Positions 1 to 7,215 of a stretch of 16,477 nt of DNA are shown in pieces. The DNA is from Candidatus Micrarchaeota archaeon (GTDB lineage: Archaea; Micrarchaeota; Micrarchaeia; Anstonellales; Anstonellaceae): NCBI GenBank assembly GCA_013331805.1, contig DUFS01000001.1:1-16477 (forward strand), written 5' to 3'. Under the pieces are notes generated by a model that saw only the letters and a program-made list of their open reading frames with translations, was not told where the DNA came from and did not search any database. The translations under genes were made by a program, and so were the position numbers. Position 1 is the stretch's first letter. Every line of letters starts with the position of its first letter.

Positions 1-12
1 CTAAAAAGCAGG

Positions 13-53
13 GTTTTATAAATAACAGAAAAATTGCAAGTTCTTTATAAAAC
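13..53. promoter_or_regulatory. AT-rich promoter region with two TATA-like boxes forming a 10-bp inverted repeat
   Basis: GTTTTATAAA (13-22) and TTTATAAAAC (44-53) are exact reverse complements. Each contains TTTATAAA and lies upstream of the ORF at 105. Confidence 0.45.
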
Positions 54-104
54 ATAAGTAAAAGTCATTATTAATCAATTTCCGCATATATGGCCGGTGA
101 TCGG

Positions 105-335
105 ATGGCTAAGCGAAGGGAAGGCGAAGCTGCTGTTTTTCCCACTATCCACCAGTTCAACGGCAAAACGAAAGAGCTGATGCGGCTCATCAACAGCCCG
201 AGCACCATCAAGGCGTACAAGGAACTCCTCAAGGAGCTCAAATGCGAGCCGTCCGAAGTCGGCGCCAAGCTCAGGGAGCGCGTCTGGAAGGGGAAAAGCC
301 CACGCGATATACTGGAAGAACTGGATGAGGGCTGA
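105..335 (+). CDS. Small charged helical hypothetical protein (76 aa), possible antitoxin-like partner
   Basis: ORF 90..335. GGTGAT at 96-101 precedes ATG 105, so 105 is the preferred start. It is K/E-rich with an acidic end (KSPRDILEELDEG) reminiscent of archaeal VapB-type tails. No family recognised. Confidence 0.6.
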   Translation: MAKRREGEAAVFPTIHQFNGKTKELMRLINSPSTIKAYKELLKELKCEPSEVGAKLRERVWKGKSPRDILEELDEG

Positions 336-888
336 GCGAAAGCTTCCTGTTGACCAGCATCAGCCTGTCCCTGAATGCTGCAGGCGTCAGTATTTCCGGA
401 GTTTGGAGGCCCGCAGCCATGTTTATCCTTTCGATTTCTTCAAGCGCAATTGCTTTCAGCAGGTGCTCCCTGTTCCAGGTAAGAAGGACGTCAACGCCAT
501 TGGTCGAGCACAGGGCGACTATGGCGGCATCACCCGAACCAATGGAAAACTTTTTAGAATACTTGTCAGCCAAATTTTTCGCTTCCCTTGTGATCTTTGC
601 TTCGCTCTGGAAGATGGTCCGGTAAACCATGTGCAGCGGCGGCTTCTCAAGAAGTTCCCGATAGACCGCCTTAAGCCCTACCCGCTCCACGTCAAAATCC
701 AGCATTATGTAGATTGCAAGCTTTGAGAACACGCACCGCTCGTAATGCTGCTGCCTGTGAGCCGGTATCTGCCCGCCACTTTCGAGCAGCGGACCATAAA
801 CCGCAGCAAGGGACACAAGGTCGCTGACAACGTTGGTATCCACTGTCATTGAACGTATTTTTGCCAATCCTTCTGCGAATTTTGTCAT
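271..888 (-). CDS. PIN-domain protein (VapC-like ribonuclease fold)
   Basis: PIN motifs VDTNVV, VYRELL, GDAAIVA and VLLTWNREHL, followed by an IERIN...TPEILTP tail typical of the 'SWN/TWN..H' PIN subgroup. Confidence 0.8.
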   Translation of the reverse strand: MTKFAEGLAKIRSMTVDTNVVSDLVSLAAVYGPLLESGGQIPAHRQQHYERCVFSKLAIYIMLDFDVERVGLKAVYRELLEKPPLHMVYRTIFQSEAKITREAKNLADKYSKKFSIGSGDAAIVALCSTNGVDVLLTWNREHLLKAIALEEIERINMAAGLQTPEILTPAAFRDRLMLVNRKLSLSPHPVLPVYRVGFSPSRRAP

Positions 889-959
889 CCGTACATCTTC
901 AGAGGGTATGCTACCTCCCCAACGAATAACGAGAAGAAAATCTATATTTATTCGCCCTA

Positions 960-1892
960 TTACACGTCAAACCCTTCCGTATCCATCCATTCCGCCTTTA
1001 CCAAGCACCACCAATCTTGGGCAAGTCCGGCTAACAGATAGTCGTACGGCAGCCAGCCGTAGCCTTTGTCGCCCCAGCTTTCGCCCCAACTATTACGAAT
1101 GAGAAATGCGCCTACTTTTTCGTTATCGCCGGAACCAATCGAAAGCGAGTCATCGTAGCCAACCGCGAGAACGGCATGTCCTCCCAATATCGATTCGCCT
1201 CGTTTTGGATAGGGAATTTTGCCATCAACAGCTCCTTTTATCGATTCGAACACCTGGAAGCCGAACATCACGGGCAGGGAGGAAGCGAGAGTCTGTTTTA
1301 TTTCAAGAAGAGTGGAGTCCTTATTCTTCGAAGGAATGCCGGCAGCCTTTTCGTCCAGCCTGAAATACGAGAGGGCCTGGTAGTTGCTTGCGTAGGAGTA
1401 GCAGAAGGCAGGCGGCGCGTCGTCAATGCCAGGGTAGCCGGTTGGGGGGGAACCCTTGGGGGGATCGTGTGAGGCGTTTGTGCCCCCTAGGGCGTAGCTC
1501 CAGTATTTCTCAGGAGGGGAGCCGAAAAGCGCGAGGGAGCCCATGGTGGTGCGGATGTATGCCCCTGAGTCGCCCTTTTCCATCATCAGGTCGCGCGTGG
1601 CCTTGTAGATGAACAGGCGCGAAAGGGGCGTATCCTTGCCAAATGCACGCTTGTTGTGATAGGCCAGGAGCGCTGCTGCCGCATTCGCCGTGCAGCTGCC
1701 AATGTTCCCCTGGTCGAAGATGGGAGGACACCACTCTCGGAGGTCGGTTTTGGAGGGCAGGGAGGTTAATTTGGGGGTTTTTAGGAGTTTGGCGACTGTT
1801 GGGGTGTCCTTGGTATAGTCGCGGGAGTCCGGAAGGTCGGGAAGCCAGCCGAAAGAGTAGGGAAATTGGCGTTTTTTGGAAGAAGCAGGCAT
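960..1892 (-). CDS. Papain-family (C1A) cysteine protease, xylellain-like, no signal peptide
   Basis: Catalytic motifs DQGNIGSCTANA (Gln, Cys), GGHAVLAVGYDD (His) and IRNSWGESWGDKGY (Asn). N-terminal GWLPDLPDSRDY pro-segment. GGAGGTG RBS just upstream of the ATG. Confidence 0.95.
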   Translation of the reverse strand: MPASSKKRQFPYSFGWLPDLPDSRDYTKDTPTVAKLLKTPKLTSLPSKTDLREWCPPIFDQGNIGSCTANAAAALLAYHNKRAFGKDTPLSRLFIYKATRDLMMEKGDSGAYIRTTMGSLALFGSPPEKYWSYALGGTNASHDPPKGSPPTGYPGIDDAPPAFCYSYASNYQALSYFRLDEKAAGIPSKNKDSTLLEIKQTLASSLPVMFGFQVFESIKGAVDGKIPYPKRGESILGGHAVLAVGYDDSLSIGSGDNEKVGAFLIRNSWGESWGDKGYGWLPYDYLLAGLAQDWWCLVKAEWMDTEGFDV

Positions 1893-1945
1893 GGATAAGC
1901 ACCTCCGGTAAGGGAATGGAAGAGAAAACGTAAATGTGTATCTGG

Positions 1946-2194
1946 TTACTGCCTGTCCTTGTGATAGAGGTCCAGAATCACAAGCTTGTCCTCCTCTTTC
2001 AAGTAGGCGTAGGAGAGCCGGAAAGGCGCCACATAGACCTCGCGGGTGCCCTTGCGTGCGTATTTCATGGGCTTGCCTATTTCTGGATTCTCAATTATCT
2101 TGCGAAGCTGATTCTTGAGCTTTTCCTTAAGCGAGTTGTCCTTTATTTTCCTGAAAAGATGGCTAAAATTAGGAGAATAACTTACAGCTACCAT
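1946..2194 (-). CDS. Type II toxin, RelE/ParE family
   Basis: 82 aa, basic. ENPEIGKPM...TREVYVAPFRLSY...ILDLYHKD pattern. Its start overlaps the end of the upstream AbrB gene by 7 nt. Confidence 0.88.
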   Translation of the reverse strand: MVAVSYSPNFSHLFRKIKDNSLKEKLKNQLRKIIENPEIGKPMKYARKGTREVYVAPFRLSYAYLKEEDKLVILDLYHKDRQ

Positions 2195-2457
2195 TTTTCC
2201 AGCTCCGCGAGGAACTCCTCCTTGGATTTGGAAACGAACTTGCCCTCAAGGTAGCCCTTCCAGGCCTTTTCGGTCCTTGCGGCGAATTCCAAATCCCCTG
2301 CCAGATTCTTGTCAAAGCTGTCCGCCTTTTTCAGGATAAGCTGGTCTTCGTTCCTTATCACTACCAGCTTTTCGCCCTCCTTTATGCCGTAGCGGAGGTC
2401 GGCGGGTATCACTATCTGGCCCTTGGAGCTCATGCGGGTTATGTCTATAGATGCCAT
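2188..2457 (-). CDS. AbrB/MazE/SpoVT-family antitoxin
   Basis: MSSKGQIVIPADLR.GIKEGEKL AbrB motif and C-terminal SKEEFLAELEKW. Start placed at 2457 (MASID) rather than 2514 because a TATA box lies at 2479-2486. Confidence 0.88.
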   Translation of the reverse strand: MASIDITRMSSKGQIVIPADLRYGIKEGEKLVVIRNEDQLILKKADSFDKNLAGDLEFAARTEKAWKGYLEGKFVSKSKEEFLAELEKW

Positions 2458-2459
2458 AG

Positions 2460-2486
2460 GTAAGATCTGTCTTACTTCATTTATAA
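2460..2486 (-). promoter_or_regulatory. TA operon promoter: TATA box plus palindromic operator
   Basis: Minus-strand TTATAAAT at 2486-2479. A perfect inverted repeat GTAAGA-N4-TCTTAC at 2460-2475 lies between the TATA box and the ATG at 2457. Confidence 0.65.
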
Positions 2487-2607
2487 TCCTATGCCCAAGG
2501 AAGGCAGTCTCCATGCCAAAAGATGCCGTTTCGGCGCTTAAAAATCTGCGTAGAGTAGGATGCCGGTGGCTTGCGGCGGGTTAAGCGTAAAAGTTTGGCG
2601 GTCCAGG

Positions 2608-2745
2608 CTATCCGTAAACGCCCTTCCTGTGGTAGATTTTTGCTATCAGTACGGTGTTTCCCTCAATGGAATAGACAACCCTCCGCTTTCCGATGTGGAG
2701 GCGCCATTTGTTCTTGAGGATGTTTGAAAGCGGCTCAGGGCAGGG
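2608..2745 (-). pseudogene. 3' half of a second RelE/StbE-family toxin (5' part missing)
   Basis: EPLSNILKNKWRLHIGKRRVVYSIEGNTVLIAKIYHRKGVYG* matches the RelE C-terminal pattern (PL...WRLRIGxYRVIY...I.HRK.VY). The upstream part of ORF 2608..2823 is only the antisense of the neighbouring gene. The left-hand breakpoint is approximate. Confidence 0.75.
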
Positions 2746-3340
2746 CTTATCGCCTGATGACATGAAGGCCGCAATGGAGTCGCTGCAGTCAGAATACAAA
2801 ACGCTCCGGGGCGCATACGACACCTGTTTTGACGTAAAGGAGCACGCAAAACTGGTGCTCGATTATTACAACACAACACTCAACAGCTATGAATTGAGGG
2901 CGCAGGACCTGACAGGCAGGGGAATCAACGCGAGCAATCTTCTCGATCTTGTGGGCAATGCGCGATCGCAGATAACGGCTCCGCTGAAGAACGGCGTCAA
3001 TTCAGCAACAAATTCATCGCAGTTGAGGATGATATTGTACCAATACTGCCTGTATGACGGGTGCGCGAACGGCACCAACTTCCATATGGCGACGAAGTTC
3101 GAGGCCATGAGGATGGCTGACTTGCTTGCAGCGATGTCCCAGAAAGCGGCCGAGCAAGGCCTCAGCAGCAATGTCAGTGCGGTGCAGGCATCCCTGAACG
3201 CTGCGAACACGGAAATCGGCTCCTGGAAAACCAATGATGCCAAGCCGGACCAACTCAAGGCAGCTTGGACGGACATCGTGTCGGCTGCCAAGGGAAGCCA
3301 TGGCATATTCATTGCGCTCAATAGCAGTGGCGCGGATTGA
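2741..3340 (+). CDS. Helical, probably extracellular hypothetical protein, apparently 5'-truncated (first in-frame ATG beyond the junction is 2762)
   Basis: ORF 2693..3340. Its first ~16 codons are antisense RelE sequence. The rest is amphipathic-helical with Cys residues (YCLYDGC) and sequons NTT, NAS, NSS, NGT, NVS, NSS, but has no signal peptide or RBS. Confidence 0.6.
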   Translation, partial: QGLSPDDMKAAMESLQSEYKTLRGAYDTCFDVKEHAKLVLDYYNTTLNSYELRAQDLTGRGINASNLLDLVGNARSQITAPLKNGVNSATNSSQLRMILYQYCLYDGCANGTNFHMATKFEAMRMADLLAAMSQKAAEQGLSSNVSAVQASLNAANTEIGSWKTNDAKPDQLKAAWTDIVSAAKGSHGIFIALNSSGAD

Positions 3341-3352
3341 GATGTGGTATTC

Positions 3353-3919
3353 ATGAAGTTTGACAAGAACCTGGCGGCCCTTCTGGCCCTGTGCGCAATA
3401 TTGCTGATTCTGGCTTATGTTGCATCCCAGAAAGGGCAGCAGGCGCAGAATAACGGCATCATCAACGAGCCCCAGGTGCAGCTTGAAAACACTGCCGCCA
3501 GCCAGAACCGGACTCAGAATGGAAGCACCGCCATTGCCAATCCGGCGTCAGTCTATTGTATTCAGCATGGCGGCATAATCAAAATAATTACAGATCCTGA
3601 CGGAAGCCAGAGAGGAATATGCGTGTTCCCGGACGGATCGCAATGCGACGAGTGGGCATATTACAGGGGAGAGTGCTCACCGGCCAACCGGACTGCGGGA
3701 CAGGCGCCAGAGGGGAACATAACCGGCCTGGGCGGCATAGGCACGCCAGGGGGGAACGTATCCGACCTGACGAACGGGCCCGACATATCCATAATCCCGA
3801 CGCCCCCGGAGAACGTGTCCGGCCTGTACGAATCCGATTTTCTAGTCGTGGACGACTCGCTGCCGAGCCTCCTGACGAGCCAGAAGCCGACCGAACTGCC
3901 GCCGCCTCCTGCAGGATAA
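3353..3919 (+). CDS. DUF333 domain membrane-anchored protein
   Basis: N-terminal hydrophobic anchor, then IANPASVYCIQHGG...GICVFPDGSQCDEWAYYRGEC (the DUF333 signature), then a Pro/Gly-rich tail. Start is GTG 3344 or ATG 3353. Confidence 0.88.
   Translation: MKFDKNLAALLALCAILLILAYVASQKGQQAQNNGIINEPQVQLENTAASQNRTQNGSTAIANPASVYCIQHGGIIKIITDPDGSQRGICVFPDGSQCDEWAYYRGECSPANRTAGQAPEGNITGLGGIGTPGGNVSDLTNGPDISIIPTPPENVSGLYESDFLVVDDSLPSLLTSQKPTELPPPPAG
3707..3826 (+). repeat. Three degenerate 24-bp intragenic repeats encoding P-x-x-N-[IV]-[TS]-[GD]-L
   Basis: ccagaggggaacataaccggcctg (3707-3730), ccaggggggaacgtatccgacctg (3746-3769), cccccggagaacgtgtccggcctg (3803-3826). Confidence 0.6.
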
Positions 3920-4156
3920 AACCAGATAAGCGAATCTTTCAAAATCCAATTCAAGCAGATATAGCATAAGACATATATTCTGAGACAATTCGGCGTCTAT
4001 CTTTTTTGGAAGCGGAAGTCGGCCCCCCTATGTCGCTCGTCTTCGCGCCAGCAGTTAAATGTTCCATTTGTATAGCAATTTATGTCCCTCACTATAGGTG
4101 CTGGGCGGAAAAGGCGCAAATTGGTGGACAAGCTTCCGAAAACTTATCAATCCTAA

Positions 4157-4510
4157 TCACGATAGCAGGAAAGTCACGAATTCGCGCCACAGGCCCTTTA
4201 TCCTTCTTGCCTTGACCTTGCCCAGGAGCGCCCAGCCCTTGGGCGTGGTTTCGTAAAGCCTGCGGGCGTGGCTGGCGTTGGTGTCCAGGCGGCTTTTCAG
4301 GAGCCCTGCCTTTTCCATGCTGGCAAGGAGGGCGTAAATGGTGGAGGGCTTGCACTGCAGGAAGCCCACGCTTTTTATGTCTTCTATAAGCGAATAGGCA
4401 TGGTGGGGACCATTATGCAGCCTCCAGAGGAAAAAGAGCGTGAGGACAGGGGCGCGCTTCACCTTTGCCGCAGGCAAACCCTTGGTTTCAATATATTTGG
4501 CAGTTTCCAT
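4157..4510 (-). CDS. PadR-family transcriptional regulator
   Basis: Winged-helix pattern L..GPHHAYSLIEDI...PSTIYALLASMEKAGLL...RRLYETTPKG. Divergent from an ABC-2 operon. Confidence 0.88.
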   Translation of the reverse strand: METAKYIETKGLPAAKVKRAPVLTLFFLWRLHNGPHHAYSLIEDIKSVGFLQCKPSTIYALLASMEKAGLLKSRLDTNASHARRLYETTPKGWALLGKVKARRIKGLWREFVTFLLS

Positions 4511-4532
4511 GGGCCTATTTGGAAGGCATGGC

Positions 4533-4577
4533 TTATAAATTTATTCCATTAAATGGAATATGCCAAAAAATGGACTA
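4533..4577. promoter_or_regulatory. Divergent promoter with 9-1-9 palindromic operator (candidate PadR site)
   Basis: TTATAAA at 4533-4539 is followed by TATTCCATT-A-AATGGAATA (4542-4560). A similar half-site AATGGACTA lies at 4569-4577. Confidence 0.65.
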
Positions 4578-4591
4578 TTTGCGGTGCGGAT

Positions 4592-5539
4592 ATGCCTGAA
4601 GAATACTCAATACTGTGCGAAAGGCTCACCAAGAAGTTTGAGAATGTCGTGGCAGTGGACAACCTGTCGCTGCGCGTGAAAAAGGGCGAGCTTTTCGGCT
4701 TCCTTGGCCCGAACGGCGCAGGAAAAACGACCACGATCAACATGCTGACCACCCTTTTGCCGAAAACCGCAGGCAAGGCAAGGGTGGCGGAATTTGATCT
4801 GGAAAGCCAGGCTGCGCTGATCAGGAGCAGGATCGGCGTGGTGCCGCAGAGGTTCTCGCTTTTCGAGGAGCTCACCCCCATGGAAAACCTCTGGTACCTG
4901 GGGGAGCTCTATGAAATGAAAAAGGAGGACATTGAAAAAAGGGGGGCTGAACTGCTCAGGATTGTTGAACTTTATGAAAAGAAGGACATACCTTCAGGCA
5001 CCTTTTCAGGCGGCATGAAGCAGCGGCTTTCTGTTGCCGCAGGCCTTCTCCACCAGCCCGAGATACTTTTCCTGGACGAGCCCACCACGGGCCTGGATCC
5101 GCAGTCGAGGATTGCGCTTCGCGAGCTCACTGCCTCGCTCAACAGGTCAGGGATAACGGTCATTTACACCACGCACGACATGGACGAGGCTGACAAGCTC
5201 TGCCAGAGAATTGCGATAATGAATTACGGGAAACTGGTCGCGTTAGGCACCCCGAGCGAGCTCAAGGAGCTGCAGGGGCACACGCATAAAATACAGCTCG
5301 AGCTGGACAGCCACAGCCCAGAAATCCTGGACAGCCTGAAGAAGCTTGCAGGCGCTATTTCAATTGTTGCAAATGGGAACAAGGTCGAGATGCGCGTGAA
5401 AAGGCTCAAGCCCAGGCTGGTGCAGACGCTCTCGGAATTCCTGGACAGGCACAACCTGCGAATGGGCGACTTCACCATAAGCGAGCCCACGCTGGAAGAG
5501 GTTTTCATGAGCCTTACGAAAAAGGCGCTGAGGGACTAA
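4592..5539 (+). CDS. ABC-2 type (DrrA/CcmA-like) transporter ATP-binding protein
   Basis: Walker A GPNGAGKTT, signature FSGGMKQR, Walker B ILFLDEPT, H-loop YTTH and C-terminal EPTLEEVF. Start 4592 preferred because it follows GCGGTG and ATG 4553 lies inside the operator palindrome. Confidence 0.95.
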   Translation: MPEEYSILCERLTKKFENVVAVDNLSLRVKKGELFGFLGPNGAGKTTTINMLTTLLPKTAGKARVAEFDLESQAALIRSRIGVVPQRFSLFEELTPMENLWYLGELYEMKKEDIEKRGAELLRIVELYEKKDIPSGTFSGGMKQRLSVAAGLLHQPEILFLDEPTTGLDPQSRIALRELTASLNRSGITVIYTTHDMDEADKLCQRIAIMNYGKLVALGTPSELKELQGHTHKIQLELDSHSPEILDSLKKLAGAISIVANGNKVEMRVKRLKPRLVQTLSEFLDRHNLRMGDFTISEPTLEEVFMSLTKKALRD

Positions 5540-5540
5540 G

Positions 5541-7199
5541 ATGGCTGATTCGGAAAAAGGCGGATTGAACGGAATGCGCAATGGGGCAGTGGAACGCACA
5601 ATCGACCTCAAGAAGATGTGGGCAATTGTCAGGAAGAACTGGATGGTGATGAAGGGGGACAAGATACGGCTGGTCCCGCTTTTCATGTTCCCATTGATAA
5701 TGATAGTGATTTTCGGATATACTTCGGGCAACATGCCAAAGCATATTTCAGCTGGCGTGGTGGATTACGACAACAGCGATTTTTCCCATGAAGTTTACCG
5801 CCAGCTTTCTGGCATGGAGCTCTTTTCATTGAAGTATGTTGTTGGCACTCAGGACGAAGGCAAGCGGCTGATGGACGCGGGCAGCATTAGGGTACTTTTT
5901 ATCCTCCCAGAAGGCTTGGGGGACAAGGTTGCAAAAGGCGAGCACGCTGAAATAAATGTCATAGTGGACGAGTCCGACTCCTCGGTTGCCCAGATTTCCA
6001 AGTCATCTGCGCAGGCATTCGCTGCACGGCTTTCCGAACAGGTGTCTGCAGGGCGAATGAGTGCCATGTCAGCACAGGCGCGGACTGCAGCCGGGCAGCT
6101 TGAGGCGGCAAAAAATCTCCTTTCCCAGCAGCCGCAGACTGACCGGCTCAAGGACTCATCAGACTCTTATTACCGCGATGCCCTCTCCGCCTCGACCAAG
6201 GCTTCCAAGCTAATCACCGCAACAGCGCAGGAATTGAAGAATTCGCTTGGCTTTTTGGTGGACCAGAACGAGGTGGCCGAAAGCTTCACACCCTCTGCCA
6301 TAGGCGGCGCCACGCTGCAGCTTTTGGCAGTGGGCGACCAGCAGCAGTCCACACTTCAGCAGATTGCCCTTTATTCTGCCATGGGCGGGTTCAATGCGAT
6401 GCTTGCAAAGGATTCGGCCCTGCTTTATTCGAATGCAATGGCGCTTGCCGCAAGTTCGGATGCGCAAGCCAGGGCTGCAGGAGTTTCGGCGGAATTGATA
6501 TCGTCCGCAGGCAAGAGCTTGAACGCGCTCTCGACCGGCGCGGAGAATGCGCCCAATGAAATATCGGTCAATGTGCTTGCGCCTTATGGATACGGGCGGC
6601 GCGGAATAGACTTTTTGCTCCCAAGCATCCTGGCATTGGTCATTTTCCAGGGCGCGACCATGGGGCTGGGGAGGGCGATTGCTGGCGAGCGCAAGGACGG
6701 GTCGCTCATGCGCGTATTTCTCACGCCCACCTCCAATATTACAATTATTCTGGGAACTCAGTTCTTCTACCTCCTGCTTGAAACCGTGCGCTCGAGCCTG
6801 ATAATTTTCGTGGCAATCGCTCTTTTTGGCGTTTCGATTTCTGGGAATATTCTGGACATAATTTTCATTGTAGCCCTCTTTTCCATGGGCGCAACCGGAG
6901 TGGGCATGGTGCTGTCCGTAATAACCAACAACCAGGAACAGTACATGGCAGTGGGCATGCTCATTTCCCTTCCAATGATGTTCCTGTCCGGCGTGTTCTT
7001 CCCAATACAGACCATGCCGCCTTTCCTGCAGTCGTTTGCACAGTTCCTTCCAATCACATACGCTTCGGATGCGCTGCGCGGGGTGATGGTAAAGGGATTT
7101 GCCCTGCATCAGGTCTTGCCGGACATTGCGGCGCTTGCAGTTTTCGGCCTTGCGACTCTGACGCTTTCAATCCTGCTATTCAAGCGGGAAGTCATGTAA
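5541..7199 (+). CDS. ABC-2 type transporter permease with enlarged extracellular domain
   Basis: One N-terminal TM helix, then VVDYDNSDFS extracellular domain, then ERKDGSLMRVFLTP, five C-terminal TM helices, MMFLSGVFFPIQTMP and LPITYASDALR. Confidence 0.92.
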   Translation: MADSEKGGLNGMRNGAVERTIDLKKMWAIVRKNWMVMKGDKIRLVPLFMFPLIMIVIFGYTSGNMPKHISAGVVDYDNSDFSHEVYRQLSGMELFSLKYVVGTQDEGKRLMDAGSIRVLFILPEGLGDKVAKGEHAEINVIVDESDSSVAQISKSSAQAFAARLSEQVSAGRMSAMSAQARTAAGQLEAAKNLLSQQPQTDRLKDSSDSYYRDALSASTKASKLITATAQELKNSLGFLVDQNEVAESFTPSAIGGATLQLLAVGDQQQSTLQQIALYSAMGGFNAMLAKDSALLYSNAMALAASSDAQARAAGVSAELISSAGKSLNALSTGAENAPNEISVNVLAPYGYGRRGIDFLLPSILALVIFQGATMGLGRAIAGERKDGSLMRVFLTPTSNITIILGTQFFYLLLETVRSSLIIFVAIALFGVSISGNILDIIFIVALFSMGATGVGMVLSVITNNQEQYMAVGMLISLPMMFLSGVFFPIQTMPPFLQSFAQFLPITYASDALRGVMVKGFALHQVLPDIAALAVFGLATLTLSILLFKREVM

Positions 7200-7215
7200 A
7201 ATGGTAGGTGATAAG

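Noticed and set aside
2458..2514. 19-aa N-terminal extension of the AbrB protein
   Set aside because: It overlaps the TATA box and operator, and the AbrB fold starts at MASID.
2516..2540. Short hairpin (GCCG-AAA-CGGC) followed by Ts on the minus strand, as a terminator
   Set aside because: The stem is short and the T run is only 4 nt, too weak to call.
1..3340. TA-rich patch as an integrated mobile element
   Set aside because: No integrase, transposase, terminal repeats or tRNA attachment site is visible in the window.
3707..3826. Spaced 24-bp repeats as a mini CRISPR array
   Set aside because: The repeats are degenerate, in frame within a CDS, have unequal short spacers (15 and 33 bp), and no cas genes are present.
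6210..7109. 299-aa minus-strand ORF, and similar long shadow ORFs at 12216..12956, 13801..14394, 14276..14863, 14903..15463 and 9543..10136
   Set aside because: They lie antisense to well-supported genes and show no recognisable motifs or translation signals.
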